DNA of 64,000 bases from Mustelus asterias (taxonomy: Eukaryota): contig NC_135803.1 in assembly GCF_964213995.1 (NCBI RefSeq), positions 49,228,001 through 49,292,000 of the forward strand, read 5' to 3'. Shown here one piece after another: positions 24,521 through 38,625 of the stretch. A program made the position numbers and the translations under genes. The notes beneath the pieces were generated by a model, which worked only from the letters and a program-made list of their open reading frames with translations, searched no databases and had not been told where the DNA came from. The first letter of the stretch is position 1. Each line of letters starts with the position of its first letter.

Positions 24521-25924
24521 TTTTTTAAGGAAGCATTGTTAACACCAGAAAGAAAAAAGCCCACAACTGCCTTGTAAGCACAACCAGAAGTGGGCAATAA
24601 ATGGAGCTACATTAGCAGTGCCCACATCTCAAAATCAAATTAAAGAAAATCCATTCAATCTTATCCCTGGATGGGAGCTATTTGAGACAAAGAGGAGCTT
24701 ATCCCCAGCCATGCAATTTCCACTAAATTATATGATGAACTTGGTCATGTCAACGGACCGACCCACAGTTCTTCAGTCCTCCCATGTCATTCACTAATGA
24801 AACCTATTCATTAATGTGAACAGACATGACCCTCAATTCTTCAGGCTGCCCATATTATTCACTAATGAATCCATTCATTAATGCTTATTAGTGGGAAGCA
24901 CGGGTTATTTGTATGCACAATGACTATTCAACCAACTCTGATTATTATTTCAATTCCAGGGAGTATTCGTGATTCCCACATTCCATTTCTCTAAGCATCT
25001 ATTTTCGAAATCATAAGAATGATGCTATCTAGCTCCTGAAAATGAATTATTTTGTGCATATTTCACACCGTGAACTGGAAAACGAGAATAGAAATGTACA
25101 TGCTCATTTTTCTAACAAATGGCATTCTGTCAATTCCTGTTACTTCACTTTGTGGAAAGGGTGCTCTGAGAAGGAAGTGCGAATAACATAGCTTCACTAT
25201 AGATTGATATTGTAAATACGTTAGTCACTTCTGCAATAACTATCTGTAGCTTCTATGGCAACTGAGACACTGCTGGGTCATTCAGAGGGACAGAATGATG
25301 CCTGAAGCTGTTGGCATGCTTTAAGCATGATAAATTTCTGTTCCTGCAAACATTTTTGTTCAGAAAAATGGTAACAAGACATGGGCAATGCACATTTAAA
25401 AAATGAATAGGGAGATACAGCAGAAAAGAACTGCAAAATAAGTGAAAGTGGCAATAATTATTGTTTATTTAGGCTTTTATGACAAGGATTTCTCTTAGCA
25501 AGAGATAAGCTAAAGTTATGACTGGCATAAATATGAGACATTTCCGTTGCAGTTTATGAAACATGCTAAAGTGATTCCATATCTACAACAATTTCTGTAT
25601 TTAAAAAGGTGACAGGATTCTCAATATTGTAAGCAAGGAAATGATAAAATGACTTATATAAAGGGTTTATCATTTTCCAGCAAATTAAAAAAATAAGTTT
25701 TAAACTTGAGAAAGGGAACATTATTGTGTAATTCTACAACCAATATTGGTTATATATTGCTGATAGCTAAGAAAATTTGTCCCTGAGGTTCCCTTTCGTT
25801 TCTATCATCTTGAAGGCAAGTGCCAAGATCACAATGAACACAGATGGCTTTTTTTTTTTGACATTGCTGTTGTTTGGAGACTGGGAGAGAAGTAGGAAAA
25901 TTTAGATGCCAAAGAGAAGAGAGA

Positions 25925-26230
25925 GTTATAGAATCTGACAGTGCAGAAGGAGGCCATTCAGCCCATTGAATCTACACTGACCACAATCGCACCCAGAACC
26001 TGTCCCCATAATCCCATGCATCTACCCTAGCTAGTCCCCCTGACACCAAGGGGCAATTTAGCACTGTCAATCTACTTAACCAGCACATCTTTGGAATGTG
26101 GGAGGAAACTGGAGCACCCGAAACAAACCCACACAGACACAGGGAGAATGTGCAAGCTCCACACAGACAGTGACCCAAGCCGGCAATCGAACCTGGCGCT
26201 GTGAGGCAGCAGTGCTAACCACTGTGCCAC
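25925..26230 (-). mobile_element. HE1-type SINE
   Basis: Reverse complement of head, V-domain and CR1 tail. Confidence 0.88.
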
Positions 26231-26367
26231 CCGAGGAAACAGAAGCAACAAGAAAAAAAAAGATTAAAGATGCACATATAAAGAATGGGAAAAGACAAGC
26301 TGCTAAACAAAAGGAGAATAAACCAGAGAGAAATTATCAATAAATGAAATAAAAACAAAGAGGGTCG

Positions 26368-26648
26368 GGGACCTGGGTTCAATTACAACCTTTGGTCACT
26401 ATCTGTGTGGATTTTGCACATTCTCCCTGTGTCTGTGTGGGTTTCCTCCGGGTGCTCCAGTTTCCTCCCACAGTCCAAAGATGTGCGGGTTAGGTTGACT
26501 GGCCGTGCTAAATTAACCCTAGTGTCAGGAGATCAGCAGGGTAAATATGAAGGGTTACGGGAATAGGGCCTGGGTGGGATTGAGGTCAGTGCAGATTCGC
26601 TGGGCTGAATGGCCTCCTTCTGCACTATAGAGATTCTATGATTCTATG
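26368..26648 (+). mobile_element. HE1-type SINE lacking the A-box region
   Basis: B-box region, V-domain and ctatgattctatga tail. Confidence 0.88.
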
Positions 26649-27109
26649 AAAATACTATCGGGTAATATTTGATTGAGATCTTATAGGTAAGTTTTTTTTG
26701 TCTTCATTGCCTGTGCCGCAATCTGGTGGAGCAGATATCCATTTTGGTGGTTAGGTCGTTATAAGCCTGTACAGGTCCTGATCTAGGGTCATGCTGGGAT
26801 TCAATAGTATCCAAATTAGAAGTCAGATGATCATTGATTCAATAAGTCAAAGGTACAATCAGTAGTCTACATATCTGGTATGAGTCATAAAGACTGAACT
26901 GGAGGATGAACTAATTTTTTTTTGCCTTTATTCAGAATAATACTTTCAAATATCTTTCAATGTTTATGCACAAAAGCAAAATTTTCAATTCTGCATATTT
27001 CAATGGATAATTACTTCCCCTAATTGGCAAGACACACTCTGCATCTCCAATCTTTTTTCTTACAGTGAATTAATCCTCTCTGACCATTGTCTCACATCAC
27101 GATCGCAGA

Positions 27110-27330
27110 ATACCCTGAACAGTTGTTATTCAGACTGGAGGGAGGTATATACTGGTGCTCCCCAGGGGTCAGTATTTGTACCAGCGCCTTTTGTGATATG
27201 ACTCTGGGGTTGAATATACAGAGTATACTGTCAAAGTGTGCAGAGGAGACAAAACTCATAGGTTATTTATAGTGAGGAGGATAGTAAGACTTTAGGAGAT
27301 CATAGCTAGACCAGTAAATACAAATGAACA
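27110..27330 (+). mobile_element. CR1 RT fragment, old
   Basis: GAPQGSV-like and SKCAEETKL (FADDTKL-derived) translations. Confidence 0.55.
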
Positions 27331-27331
27331 C

Positions 27332-27674
27332 GGGCGGCACGGTAGCACAGTGGTTAGCACTGCTGCTTCACAGCTCCAGGGTACTGGGTTCGATTCCCGG
27401 CTCGGGTCACTGACTGTGTGGAGTTTGCACATTCTCCTCGTGTCTGCGTGGGTTTCCTCAGGGTGCTCCGGTTTCCTCCCACAGTCCAAAGATGTGCGGG
27501 TTAGGTTGATTGGCCAGGTTAAAAAAATTGCCCCTTAGAGTCTTGGGATGCGTAGGTTAGAGGGATTAGCGGGTAAAATATGTGGGGGTAGGGCCTGGGT
27601 GGGATTGTGGTCAGTGCAGACTCGATGGGCCGAATGGCCTCCTTCTGCACTGTAGGGTTTCTATGATTTCTATG
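27332..27674 (+). mobile_element. HE1-type SINE, full length, young
   Basis: Near-identical to 1026-1366. Confidence 0.93.
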
Positions 27675-28069
27675 AACAGGCACTTAACAAAGTCCCAAGG
27701 ATTAAAACACAAAATAGCACTGAGCCACATGAAGGAATATTGGGCTGAATTTTGCAGGCCACCCATAGGCAGGAAAACAGGCAGGTGGGCATAAAGTGGG
27801 TGCCATGACATCAGTGATGTACCTACCTATTGCTGGTCCACCTGCCATGTACATAATTTTATATGCAGCCAAGGTGGCAGCAGGTGGATTACCCACCTAT
27901 GGTCCTCGAGGTCCAGTGGCCTGCTGGTCAGTGAAAGGATAGGTGCCTCATATGGGACCTTGGTGTCACATACACATACACTGAATGTCTAGGTACATCC
28001 TTGAATGCCTTCGCCTAGGCCTAACTGCAACACCAGCAGTTGCCGTCACACTACAAGGGCAGGGCACGG

Positions 28070-28390
28070 CCATGAGGGAATTAAAAACAAGACAGAAAAC
28101 TTTCAAGTCAAGACATTACTTGATTAGGAGCCAAGCAAAGTAAGGGCGCAGAGAGCTGACTGGATTTCAATTTAGACATGGGGAACAGAGTTTAGGACAA
28201 CCTCAAGTTTAAGAAGTGTAGAATGTGGGAAGCCAACTAGAAAGCATTGGAATAGTCAAATGCAGTAATGAGGGTTTCAGCAGCAATGAGTTGAGACATG
28301 GGTGAAGTTGGGTGTTATGAGAAGAAAATGGATTGTCTTCGTGGTGGCATGAATATATGTGGTGGGAAGTTTCTCTCTGAATCAACCAGG
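28070..28390 (-). mobile_element. L2-type LINE fragment
   Basis: gcattggaatagtcaa is the reverse complement of LDYSNA; atgagggtttcagcagca is the reverse complement of AAETLI. Confidence 0.6.
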
Positions 28391-28959
28391 ATGGTTTCAT
28401 ATCCCTTAAGGAGGGTGTAGAAGAGATTTACTGGAATGGTACCAGGACAGGGGATGCAGTTAGAGGAGAGTATGCAGAAGTTGGGGTTGTTCCACTGAGA
28501 GCAGAAAAAGTTTTAAATAAATTTTGCTGGATTTTCAAAATCATGAATGGTACTGGTTTCCAGCGACAGAATTTTTCAATTTGACAGCTGCCTAAAAGAT
28601 TAGCGGTGAACCTATCCTTGCTCCTGCCAGCTGCCTTCCAGCCAGTCGGGTGGCTAACAGCGCCACCAGAAACAGTGGCCACTTCTGGGAGTACACTAGA
28701 ATTCCACAGGACCAAGTGCTGGGAGTCCAAGATGTAAGTAGCTCAGGAGTGTCGTTCGGTGAGGACCGGGGAGGAGGTCCCAGGGGAACAAGAGCGTGCG
28801 GGCCTGTTGCAAAGACCAGATGGCCCAACGCCTTCCCACCAGACACTAATACAAGCCTGCTTGGCTCTCACCAGTCTCCAACTTTGCCCGCCAACCTAAA
28901 TACCGTGGCCTTAATACCGTGGCCACATGCCAGTAGCCCAGTGGAACTGGAAAACAAGG

Positions 28960-29260
28960 TCCATACCCTTGAGGATGCAGCAGGATGCTTGGCAAAGGAA
29001 CTGAGACAACACAAGAACTGTTTTTTGTGGAATAAAAGGCAGTTAATTTGTTGAGATTTGGTATGTGCTGTTGCAAGGTGCAAACAAATTTAACAGTGAC
29101 TTCCAAAAAAGAATTAGAAAAACACCTGCAGGGAAAAGAAAAATTGTGGACCAATGCAGAAAAAGCAGGAATTGGAAGAAGTCAGATCGTTCTATTAAAG
29201 AGCTGGCACAGACATGAATGGGTTGAATGGCCTCCGGTGCTGTATCATTGCATGATTCTA
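28960..29260 (+). mobile_element. CR1 3' end, old
   Basis: gagctggcacagac..gaatggcctc..gtgctgtatc..tgattcta tail. Confidence 0.6.
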
Positions 29261-30349
29261 ACACTCAGTCATATTCTGCAACCCATCAATCACAAACTAA
29301 ATATAACAGTTTGGAGTATTTCAGAGAAATGCTAAAATATATTTCATTGGCTGGAAATTATTTGGAGATGTTGAGAGATCATGAAAGATGTTATATAAAT
29401 GTAAATTCTCTTTTGTTTGCAATCTTCCCATAGTGCAACTGCACTTTCACTCTTCTAATCCTTCTATCTGAGCCAGTGCAGTAATGTGTGCTTCAGATCT
29501 CACTCATCCTCCTCCCTTAACAAGTGATTGAAGCTATCTCGATTTGATCATGCTTTTCATTCTGATGTCTTTTAGAAAATCCTGCCTATAGCACTGAGAT
29601 TGTTATCTGTCTGAAGCATTTGAGTCAACTTTATCTCCGCTTATAACTTTTGGCGATCAGACTCCGAAACATAACGCGCGTGAAAAAAGGCTTGAATTGC
29701 TTTCTTCCTGGCCACAGGCAGTCATTCTTTCTGGTCTCTTGCTAAAGTTGTCCATCATAACTGCCATGAAAATTACTTTTTCTCCCTATTTGTATAGCAG
29801 TTATCTAAAAAGTTAATCAATTCACCTCACTTCTCTCCACTTTGATGACCTTTTCAAAAAACCTCTTCACTGCTTCATTTTTAACAGAATGCCATGACTG
29901 ACATCAAGTTCAATCCTGACTAATCCAAGGAATTCCAGCCTCTTGACTACAAATCAGATTTTGGTCCCAATAGAATGGTCTATTCAGCCGACAGATTGCT
30001 AACACCAAATTTAAACTGCTCGTCTGATTGGACAACAGCCATCTCACACAGATGCAACCAAACAAATAACTTGGGGATACATTCACTTTACGGTCCAAAT
30101 GGAACAGATAATACATTAGCTTGGGAGAGGGATTGAAATAAAGAAAATGCTACTATTGTCGGCACCTGCTCGTGGTTACAAAACTGGGACACTGAATCTC
30201 AGCAGAACTGAGAAAATGTGATGGAAGTAACAGCCCATTGAGCATGCTCATGCGTTCAAACAGAGGCAAACTCCTCTTTATAAACCACTATCCCAGTCTG
30301 ACCATACATTACTGTAAGGATCCTCCCGTCCACCCATCCTAGTCATTAT

Positions 30350-30593
30350 TGTAAGGGTTTGTTCAGGAGGTCTCAGAGATTCAGCAGTTTAAAAGCTTGA
30401 ACAGTAGTGTTTATTAGTAACACATAATTATGCACACATGTATACAGTATTATCAGACTAGAAGCTAACTTCATGCTGACTTTGAGTCTTTCCATAAAAC
30501 TGCCTCCTCTCATGTGTCTCTATAATCACAATGTGGATGGTATGTTTCTCCAGTCCTACATTAACTCTTGTTATGCTGAACACTCATACTACA
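30350..30593 (-). mobile_element. Putative solo LTR
   Basis: TGTA..TACA termini, AATAAA on the minus strand, flanks attat / ataat match 4 of 5. Confidence 0.45.
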
Positions 30594-30861
30594 ATAATAA
30601 TGGATTAAAACTATCAGCAATGTGGATTGCAGCTCATGTTGTCCTCAGTGAGGATCAATACAGACTGCCACAGGCAAGGCTGTTGATTCTTTTAATGCTA
30701 TCCAGTACAAGGTTTAGCACAAGGTTTCACACATTTACTATCCTGCTCTGTTGTTATGTGATCTTGCATCAATGGTGTGAACTGTCTAGACACACACTTA
30801 ACATTAACCCTTTTACACTATGGAAACACCAAAGAAAATGGCCATTATGAAAAATATAATT

Positions 30862-31113
30862 TAGAATCATAGAATACAATCATAGAATCCCTACAGTGCT
30901 AAAGGAGGCCATCTGGCCCATCAAGCCTGTACTGACAACAATGGCTCCCAGGTCCTATCCTAGCAACCGCACACATTTACCCTGGAGCAATTTAGCATGG
31001 CCAATTAACCCAACCCGCACATCTTTGGAATGTGGGAGGAAACCGGAGCACCCGGAGAAAACCTACGCAGTACAGGGAAAACATACAAAATTCCACACAG
31101 ACAGTGACCCGAG
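30862..31113 (-). mobile_element. HE1-type SINE lacking its head
   Basis: catagaatc tail repeats and V-domain; abuts the Rex1 fragment. Confidence 0.82.
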
Positions 31114-31119
31114 AATGTA

Positions 31120-31622
31120 ATTGTTACTTTTACAACTGCACCATAGAAAGCATTCTTTCTGGTTGTATCACAGCTTGGTATGGTTCCTGCTCTGCCCAAG
31201 ATCGCAAGAAACTACAAAAGGCCGTGAATGTAGCCCAATCCATCACGCAAACCAGCCTCCCATCCATTGACTCTGTCTACATTTCCTGCTGCGTCGGCAA
31301 AGCAGCCAGCATAATTAAGGACCCCACGCACCCCGGACATTCTCTCTTCCACCTTCTTCCGTCAGGATAAAGATACAAAAGTCTGAGGTCACGTACCAAC
31401 AGATTCAAGAACAGCTTCTTCCCTGCTGCCATCAGACTTTTGAATGGACTTACCTTGCATTAAGTTGATCATTCTCTACACCCTAGCTATGACTGCAACA
31501 CTACATTCTGCACTCTCTTGTTTCCTTCTCTATGAATGGTATGCTTTGTCTGTATAGCACGCAAGAAACAATACTTTTCACTGTTTGCTAATACACGTGA
31601 CAATAATAAGTCAAATCAAATA
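31120..31622 (+). mobile_element. Rex1/Babar LINE 3' end
   Basis: Highly similar to 8460-8956; CTIESILSGCITAWYGSC; caaat tail. Confidence 0.9.
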
Positions 31623-32824
31623 AAGCTGAACTAGGGGAAATTCTTTCAGGGCTGGTTATCTAACCACCATCCTGCACTCAGGCAACATCTTCCATTTGGC
31701 CTTGAAATGTATCTCCAGAAGTTCACAAGACTATAGTAACACAATGTAAAGGACCCGGCCAATCAAACTGCAATCACAACAGCAGCAGTAGATCTAAAAA
31801 CCAAGATCGTTCACAAGGTTCAGGATGTTCGCAAGCCATTATAAAGAAGGCTTGTTTCCTACCAATCCATACCTCTATCATTTGCTGTGAACCCTCACTT
31901 TCTATATACTGTCTAGTGACTGAGAGCAATCACAAATAGAACATGAACAAGAAGTTATTCACGCAATTGAGATTCTTTTCCCCCCCACTGAAAGCATTGC
32001 TGCAGGAATCCGATCTCATCACATTCTTTATAAATTTTTGCCTACCCTCCATTTTCTGAGTATTGTTGATTACCTCCCCCACCCTCGCCCTTCACAGTAA
32101 CATTTCTCATGGAGCAAAAATCAAAACTGATAAGTCATGTGCAGAAAATTTTTCACTGCTGACAGCAGCAGACAGCGTTCCAGGATTCATTTGAACAATG
32201 CAGTGCTAGTTTCCAGCTGGATGCGGACACTCAAAAGAATTTACATTAGTCATGTTAGGCTTCACACATGTAGAAAGTCAAATCATAATGCGTTCAAGCT
32301 TGCAGCTCATTGACACTTTAGGACTTTTACAAATTGCACAATAACCCAAGAACACATTCCTAATTTCACTATTTTTTGGTGCTTATCTGGAGTACTCAAG
32401 TAAAACAAGTACTTTAGAAATAGGCTTCATTAAAAAATGTTCATTTAGAAGTGGGCTTTAAAGTCTAATGGAATGGGAGAGTTCAGAATTTATTAATGAA
32501 GCACAGACTTGACTTTGGTCACTGCTCAATAACTGAGTGCTAAACAATTGATGTACAATTAGCATATCATCTGCAAAATGGAGAATTTCAACCTTTTAAT
32601 CTTTTGTAAGGACTAGAAATTAACACTTATATCACAATTGAAGGTCTAGAAACACTTGTACCACACTTCATTCTCCCAAAGGATCCATATTCTTGTTGCC
32701 ACAGAAATCCATTATTTACAGAAAGTAGTGGATAAATATTAGTCACATTTCTCTCAGCAACACTCACCTTACCTCAGATACCCAGTACAGTTACTCTGTG
32801 GTTGTTCTCCTCACCTTGCTTCTA

Positions 32825-33110
32825 TAATTCATAGAACCACTGAACGCTTAGAAGAGCACAGTTGGTTATTTCACCTTTCATGTCAGTGTCAGTTCCCTGG
32901 AAGAGCAACTTGCCTAGTCCCACTCCCTGCCTTTCCCGTTAACTCTGCAGTTTTGTTCACTTCAGATAGTTATTCAATTCTCAATTTTAAAGCCGCGATG
33001 TAATCTGCCTTCACAATACCTTGAAGTTGTCCGTTCCAAATCCTAATCATGTGATGTGTAAAAAAAAGTATTTCCTTATGTCACCATTGCTTATTCACCG
33101 TCCTCTGACA
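32825..33110 (-). mobile_element. CR1 3' end, very old
   Basis: catagaacc tail, tagtcccactccc, ttccaaatcctaatca..gtaaaaaa motifs. Confidence 0.5.
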
Positions 33111-33856
33111 CACACCCACTAAAACAAACACATCCCCAGCCTGCACTCTTAGCATGTGAGCTGCCTGTGTTGCAGACAAATCGGCTCCATGTAAAGCAGC
33201 TGAATTTTAAACATACTCCTCACAAGAAACATGATACAAATATACTTCTTAAAGCTACAATACAATCACATATGACAATTTCTAATAAATTTAAATGATC
33301 TAATTTCCCTAATGCTGCAAATTGGTTTAGATTTCAAATCAGAGATTAATCAGTTCAATTCAGACTGAGCAGGGCTGAAGAACATTCAAAACTCAATGTT
33401 CTATACAAGCCTGATCTAAAGAAAGGGTCTCTGTATCCTCCAAAAGGTCAAACACATTGGATAATTTTATTGTGTTTCTGTGTTTGGTGTGTCACGTACT
33501 CTCTACTTGTTAGACTAGATTTCCAATCCTGTGCAAGTACATAACAGCAAAAAATAGGATCAAAACACTTCAGAGAAAATCAAAGACAAAATTTTAACCA
33601 TAAAATGGTCAATATCAGATCAGCCTCCTGTTTCACCCCTCTCCTAAATATCATTTCCATTGATTTGATAAAAACAAAAATCAGGAGAGTTGATTCAAAA
33701 ATCACTCCGGTCATCAAAAGTCAAAGTTAAACTTGCCCCCACCCCACAAAGGCTCTCCAATTTACAGCTTCTACACGGTTTGATTATTAAGTGACACTGA
33801 AAAGATGAGTCAACACTTACAAATGTGGCATTCACCCGGTAATGCAGAACTGGGGT

Positions 33857-34161
33857 GTTGCTGAAAAGAGACATGCTGTCGAAACTTTTTATCTTGCGTT
33901 CATCAGGAAAAGAGTTTCAAAGGGAACAACAAATTCAACCGCTAAAGAGGTGCTGATTGGTTGGCAACTTGATTCTGATTGATCAGAATACTGTCACAGT
34001 AAATGCACCAGGCAACCTATTGACCAAAAAATGTTACCTCGCCAATCGTCAGCACCCTTTTCTCATGCTGTTTCTCTCTTTGAAATTTGACTTCTTGCAT
34101 CTGTCCTGATGAGTGCAAGAACAAAAGCTTCAACAGCATGTCTCCCTTTTCTTCCAAGCAA
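33857..34161. mobile_element. Old palindromic PLE-type element with two decayed hammerhead motifs
   Basis: Arms ~33857-33968 and ~34038-34161 are imperfect reverse complements, and each carries CTGATGA. Confidence 0.6.
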
Positions 34162-34257
34162 CAAGTCCAGCATTCTTTTCCCACACTAATGATGAAGTTT
34201 ATTTTAATCGAATATAGATATTTCAGTATCGCAATCTGGGAATGCAGGCAATTTTTA

Positions 34258-34355
34258 AAGTAACAAGAACACAAGAACCAGGAGCAGGAGTAGGCCATCT
34301 GGCCCCTCGAGCCTGCTCCGCCATTCAATAAGATCATGGCTGATCTTTTCGTAGA
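34258..34355 (-). mobile_element. CR1 extreme 3' end
   Basis: ggagcaggagtaggccat..cctcgagcctgctccgccattcaataagatcatggctgatc. Confidence 0.8.
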
Positions 34356-34939
34356 CTTGTAAAAGTAAAATACAAATGACAGAATTGGATCCATGTCCAA
34401 AAAGAGAGTATTTTATGTAGATCCGAATGCAAACGTTATCCAGATGACCATCATTTATGAACCAATGTCAGACCTTCCATTGCAATGAAAGAAGTAATAA
34501 AAAGATTATGCAGACATCATGCTGACTAAGTGGCAGAGCCAGATTGGCATGAGGAAGGAACAATGTCCCAGGTAACACCCAGTGAAGTACTTTAGGATCT
34601 CCGGTAGTCGTAAAAGGCATTATATTTTCTTGCAGGATATAAATGCTCATTCTGTCAGATCTGACATATAAAAAACACAATGTTCCAAACTATTCAGCTC
34701 AGTTCAACTCTTAATTAGGCCCAAGTCGCAGGCTTGAATCAGTTCAGCCTGGCTTTGTGAAGCAGCACTGGATCTCCTGGGGGAGGAGGGGAGGTTAAAA
34801 AGAGAGGGGTAAGGGGTAGGGACAGACTTCAGGGCAGCATTAACTGTTCTAATCTATATTTGTTGTTCTCAAAATGGCCAGTCCTAAAATGGAGCAGAAG
34901 ATTAGCTGTACAAGTAGGAAAAGATTGACTTTATATTCA

Positions 34940-37115
34940 GAATAGAAATATTGAAACTAGAAGGAGTAGTCCATTTGGCCCTTTGAGCCTGCTCCACGCC
35001 ATTCACTTTGATCATGGCTGATCATCGAATTCAATATCCTGATGCCCCCTTCCCCCCCATATCCCTTGATCTCTTTAGCCCCAAGGGCTATATCTAATTT
35101 CTTCTTGAAATTAGGCAACATTTTCACCTCAAATCCATTCTGTGGTAGTGAATTCCATACATTTACCACCCTCTGGGTGAAGAAATTTCTCCTCACTTCA
35201 GTTCTAAAGGTTTACCCCTTGTCCTCAAACAATGACCCCTAGATCTGGACTCTCCCCACCACTGGGAACATTCTTTCTGAATCTACCCTGTCTAACTCTG
35301 TTAAAATTTTATAAGTTTCTATAAGATCCCTTCTCATTCTTCTAAACTCCAGTGAATATAATGCTAACCAATTTAGTCTCTCCTCATATGACAGAACTGT
35401 CATCCCAGGAATCAGCCTGGTAAACCTTCTCTGTACACCCTCTATAGCAAGGACATTCTTCCTCAGATAAGGACACCACAACTGCACATAATACTCCAGG
35501 TGTGGCCTCACCAACGTCCTCTACAATTGCAACAAAACATCCCTACCCCTGTACTCAAATCCTCTTGCTATGAAAGCCAACATACCACTTGCCTTCTTTA
35601 CTATCTGCTGTACCTGCGCGCTCACTTTCAGCGACTGATGCACGAGGACTCCAAGGTTTCATTCAGTATCCACCTCTCTCAATTTACACCCATTCAAGTA
35701 ATAATCTGTCTTTCTATTATTGCTATGAAAGTGGATAAACTCACATTTATCCACATTTTACTGCATCTGCTATGCAGATGCCCACACACACTGCCTGTCC
35801 AAATCAGTTATTTTCCAAAATTCTTTGGACTCTAGCATCTCTGCATCCTCCTCACAGCTCACCCTCCCACCCAACTTTGTATCACTTACAAATTTAGAGA
35901 TAATACATTTAGTTCCCTCTTCCAAATCATTGATACATAATGTGAACAGTTGGGGTCCTAGCACAGATCCCTGCAGAACCCTACTAGTCACTGACTGCCA
36001 ATCAAAAAAAGACCCATTTATGCTAACTCTTTGCTTCCTATCTGCTAACCAGCTTTCTATCCATCTCAAGACATTACCTTCAATCCCACGTGTTTTACCT
36101 TTACATAGTAGTCTGTTATGTGACACCTTATCGAAGTCTAAATAAACCACATCCACTGGTTCTCCCCAGTCAACTCTATTAGTTACATCCTCAAAAAAAT
36201 TTCAATAGATTTGTCAAGCATGATTTCCCTTTTGTAAATCCATGCTGACTTTGTCTGATTATACCGCTGCCTTCCAAATGCCAAGTTATGAAGTCCTTGA
36301 TAATAGATTCTAACAACTTCCTCAGTACTGACATTAGGCTCACTGGTCTGTAGTTCCCTGTTTTCTCTCTACGTCCCTTTTTGAATAGCGGGCTTATATC
36401 AGCAACACAAATCTGTAGGAACTATTCCAGAGTCCAAAACATTTTGGAAAATAACCACCAATGGATCTACTATTTCCAGGGCAACTTCCTAAAGTACTCT
36501 GGGATGAAGATTATCAGGATCTGGGGATTTATCCACCTTCAATCTCATCAATTTTCCCAAAACATTTTCTTTACTAATGCTGATTTCCTTCAGCTCCTCA
36601 CTAAAACATGTTTCTCTCAACACTTTTGGTACATTATTCATGACTTCCTTTGCAAAGCAAAGTACAAATGTAATTCCTCAGCCATTCCTTTATTCCCCGT
36701 TATGAATTATCCCACTCCTGACTGTAAGGGACCTACATTCATTTTTGACATTTCTTCTCTTTTATATTCAGTTTTTATGTTCCCCGCCAGCTTACTTTCA
36801 TACTCTATTTTTCCCTTCTTAACCAATCCGTTGGACCTCCTTTGCTGAATTTTAAACTGCTCCCCACCCTCAGGTCTATTGCCTTTACTTGCCAATTTGG
36901 ACGCTTTTTCCTTGAATATGATACGATCTCTAATTTCCCTTGCAAGTCATAGTTTGGCCACAATTCCCTTGCCACTCTTGCACCATATAAAGGAATAAAC
37001 AACTTCTGAAGTTCACCTGTTTGTTCTTTTAATACCTGCCATTGCCTGTACACTGTCTTTCCTTTCAGTAATGTTTCCCAGTCCATCATGGCCAATTCAT
37101 GCCTCATACCATCAT
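34940..37115 (-). mobile_element. CR1 (HER1-like) LINE, ~2.2-kb ORF2 3' portion, decayed
   Basis: MDVVYLDF, QGSVLGPQLF, SKFVSDTKLGG, VRPHLEY, RRNFFTQRVVNVWNSLP and 3' tail. Confidence 0.93.
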
Positions 37116-38625
37116 CGGGGTGTTTTGTTTTTGTACTGATCCTAAGTGAAAGATGATCAGCATGTTGATATTCTGAGGTTCCTAGAATTTTCTGACATTC
37201 TCCTCGTTATTTTAATCACCTGTCCAGATCTCGCTGTTCCGCATATTTTAGTCCACCACCAGACAGACTATTCCCAGGCTTACATCAAAGCCATGATGTA
37301 TTGATTAAGAAAAAAAAAGAAAGTGTGACGTAGAGTAGGAGTGAATATATACAATTCTCAAAGTCCCATGTCGCGTGAAGCCATCCCATGAGACATTGCT
37401 GGCTGATGTCATATGACCAGCAAGTTATATTTGGAAGATAGTTGAGTTACTCAGAAGCCATTTGGATGTTGTTATTCCTTTCAATTGAGCTAAACTGGGA
37501 GAATGAGGGGAGTAAAGTCCTTTCAGTGCAAATTTAAAAAGACGTGTTGCACTACTTTTACAAAGTTGTAAGGAAGAAGCTTAAACTTCTCGTGGCTAGC
37601 ATTTCCATTAACAAAGAACCAGTCTTGAATTATTCAAACCCTATTTTGACATTTTAGACAAGTTGATCACAATGATCAAATTGCTGGTTGGGGAATTTGT
37701 TGTGGAGGCTTCTGACCATTTGCTACATAAATCATGAACAATAACCAACCAAAAAATGCTGATTCCTCAGGGCTGCTTTCACATCTCCAAAAATAACAAC
37801 TTGGAGCAGTTGCCATGGTTTTTTTTGGCCATGGGCTTGGTTGAAGAGGTGCGAGAATCAGTTTAACAGATTTTTCACTGACTGTATGTGCTACACAATT
37901 TCTAATGAACCCTTCTATGCAGCAGTCTACCAGCAGCTACCAAATTGCTTCGAGGGTTCATTGTTTCATCTCAACATCCTGATGTCCTTCAAGGGCAAAA
38001 TGCAATACACAGTACTTTGGGATAACTACTCAAGTTTCACTTGCAATACTGTTGTCAAACAATGTGAACTCATTGCATCCTCTAGTACAGGACCACTTCT
38101 TATTCTATTTTGTGAGGCCACTCTGTTTTTAGGTACTGCTTACTTTCTGCAGTATACCTTTGCTGATTCTGTCTTCAACACTCTCACATAACAAGATTTA
38201 CGGTCATTTGTGTAATCACCCTAGATAATGTAGTCATCAATGTTGCAAGTCACTATTAGTAATGCTGTCTGCACTAGTATGGCTAAGAAGGTCATCTATT
38301 TGGCTGAGCGAATCTGCAAGATACTCAACCTCAAAATTTCTGCTGAAGGTGATCTGACCATCTGTTGTTATGTCAAGGTTGATGACCACACTGTGAAATG
38401 GACTAATAATGTAGTAAACAGTGCAGAGAGTGAGCTTTCTACCAGAGGTAATTGTGCCAACGTTTACAAGTGTAGATGCAGGCTCATGCCTCTCAGTCTT
38501 GAATAGAGCATTTGCTTTTGTATCTGACAATGGGCTTGACACATAAGCGACTGGATACTTGCTTTCTTCAAAGTACTGAGAGAATAAAGGTCCAGTTGCA
38601 TTTCCGAATGCACTTGTGATATACA

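Noticed and set aside
24771-24883. Degenerate ~69-bp tandem duplication, and short tandems at ~2788-2835 and 56811-56848
   Set aside because: Ordinary slippage-type duplications with no further structure.
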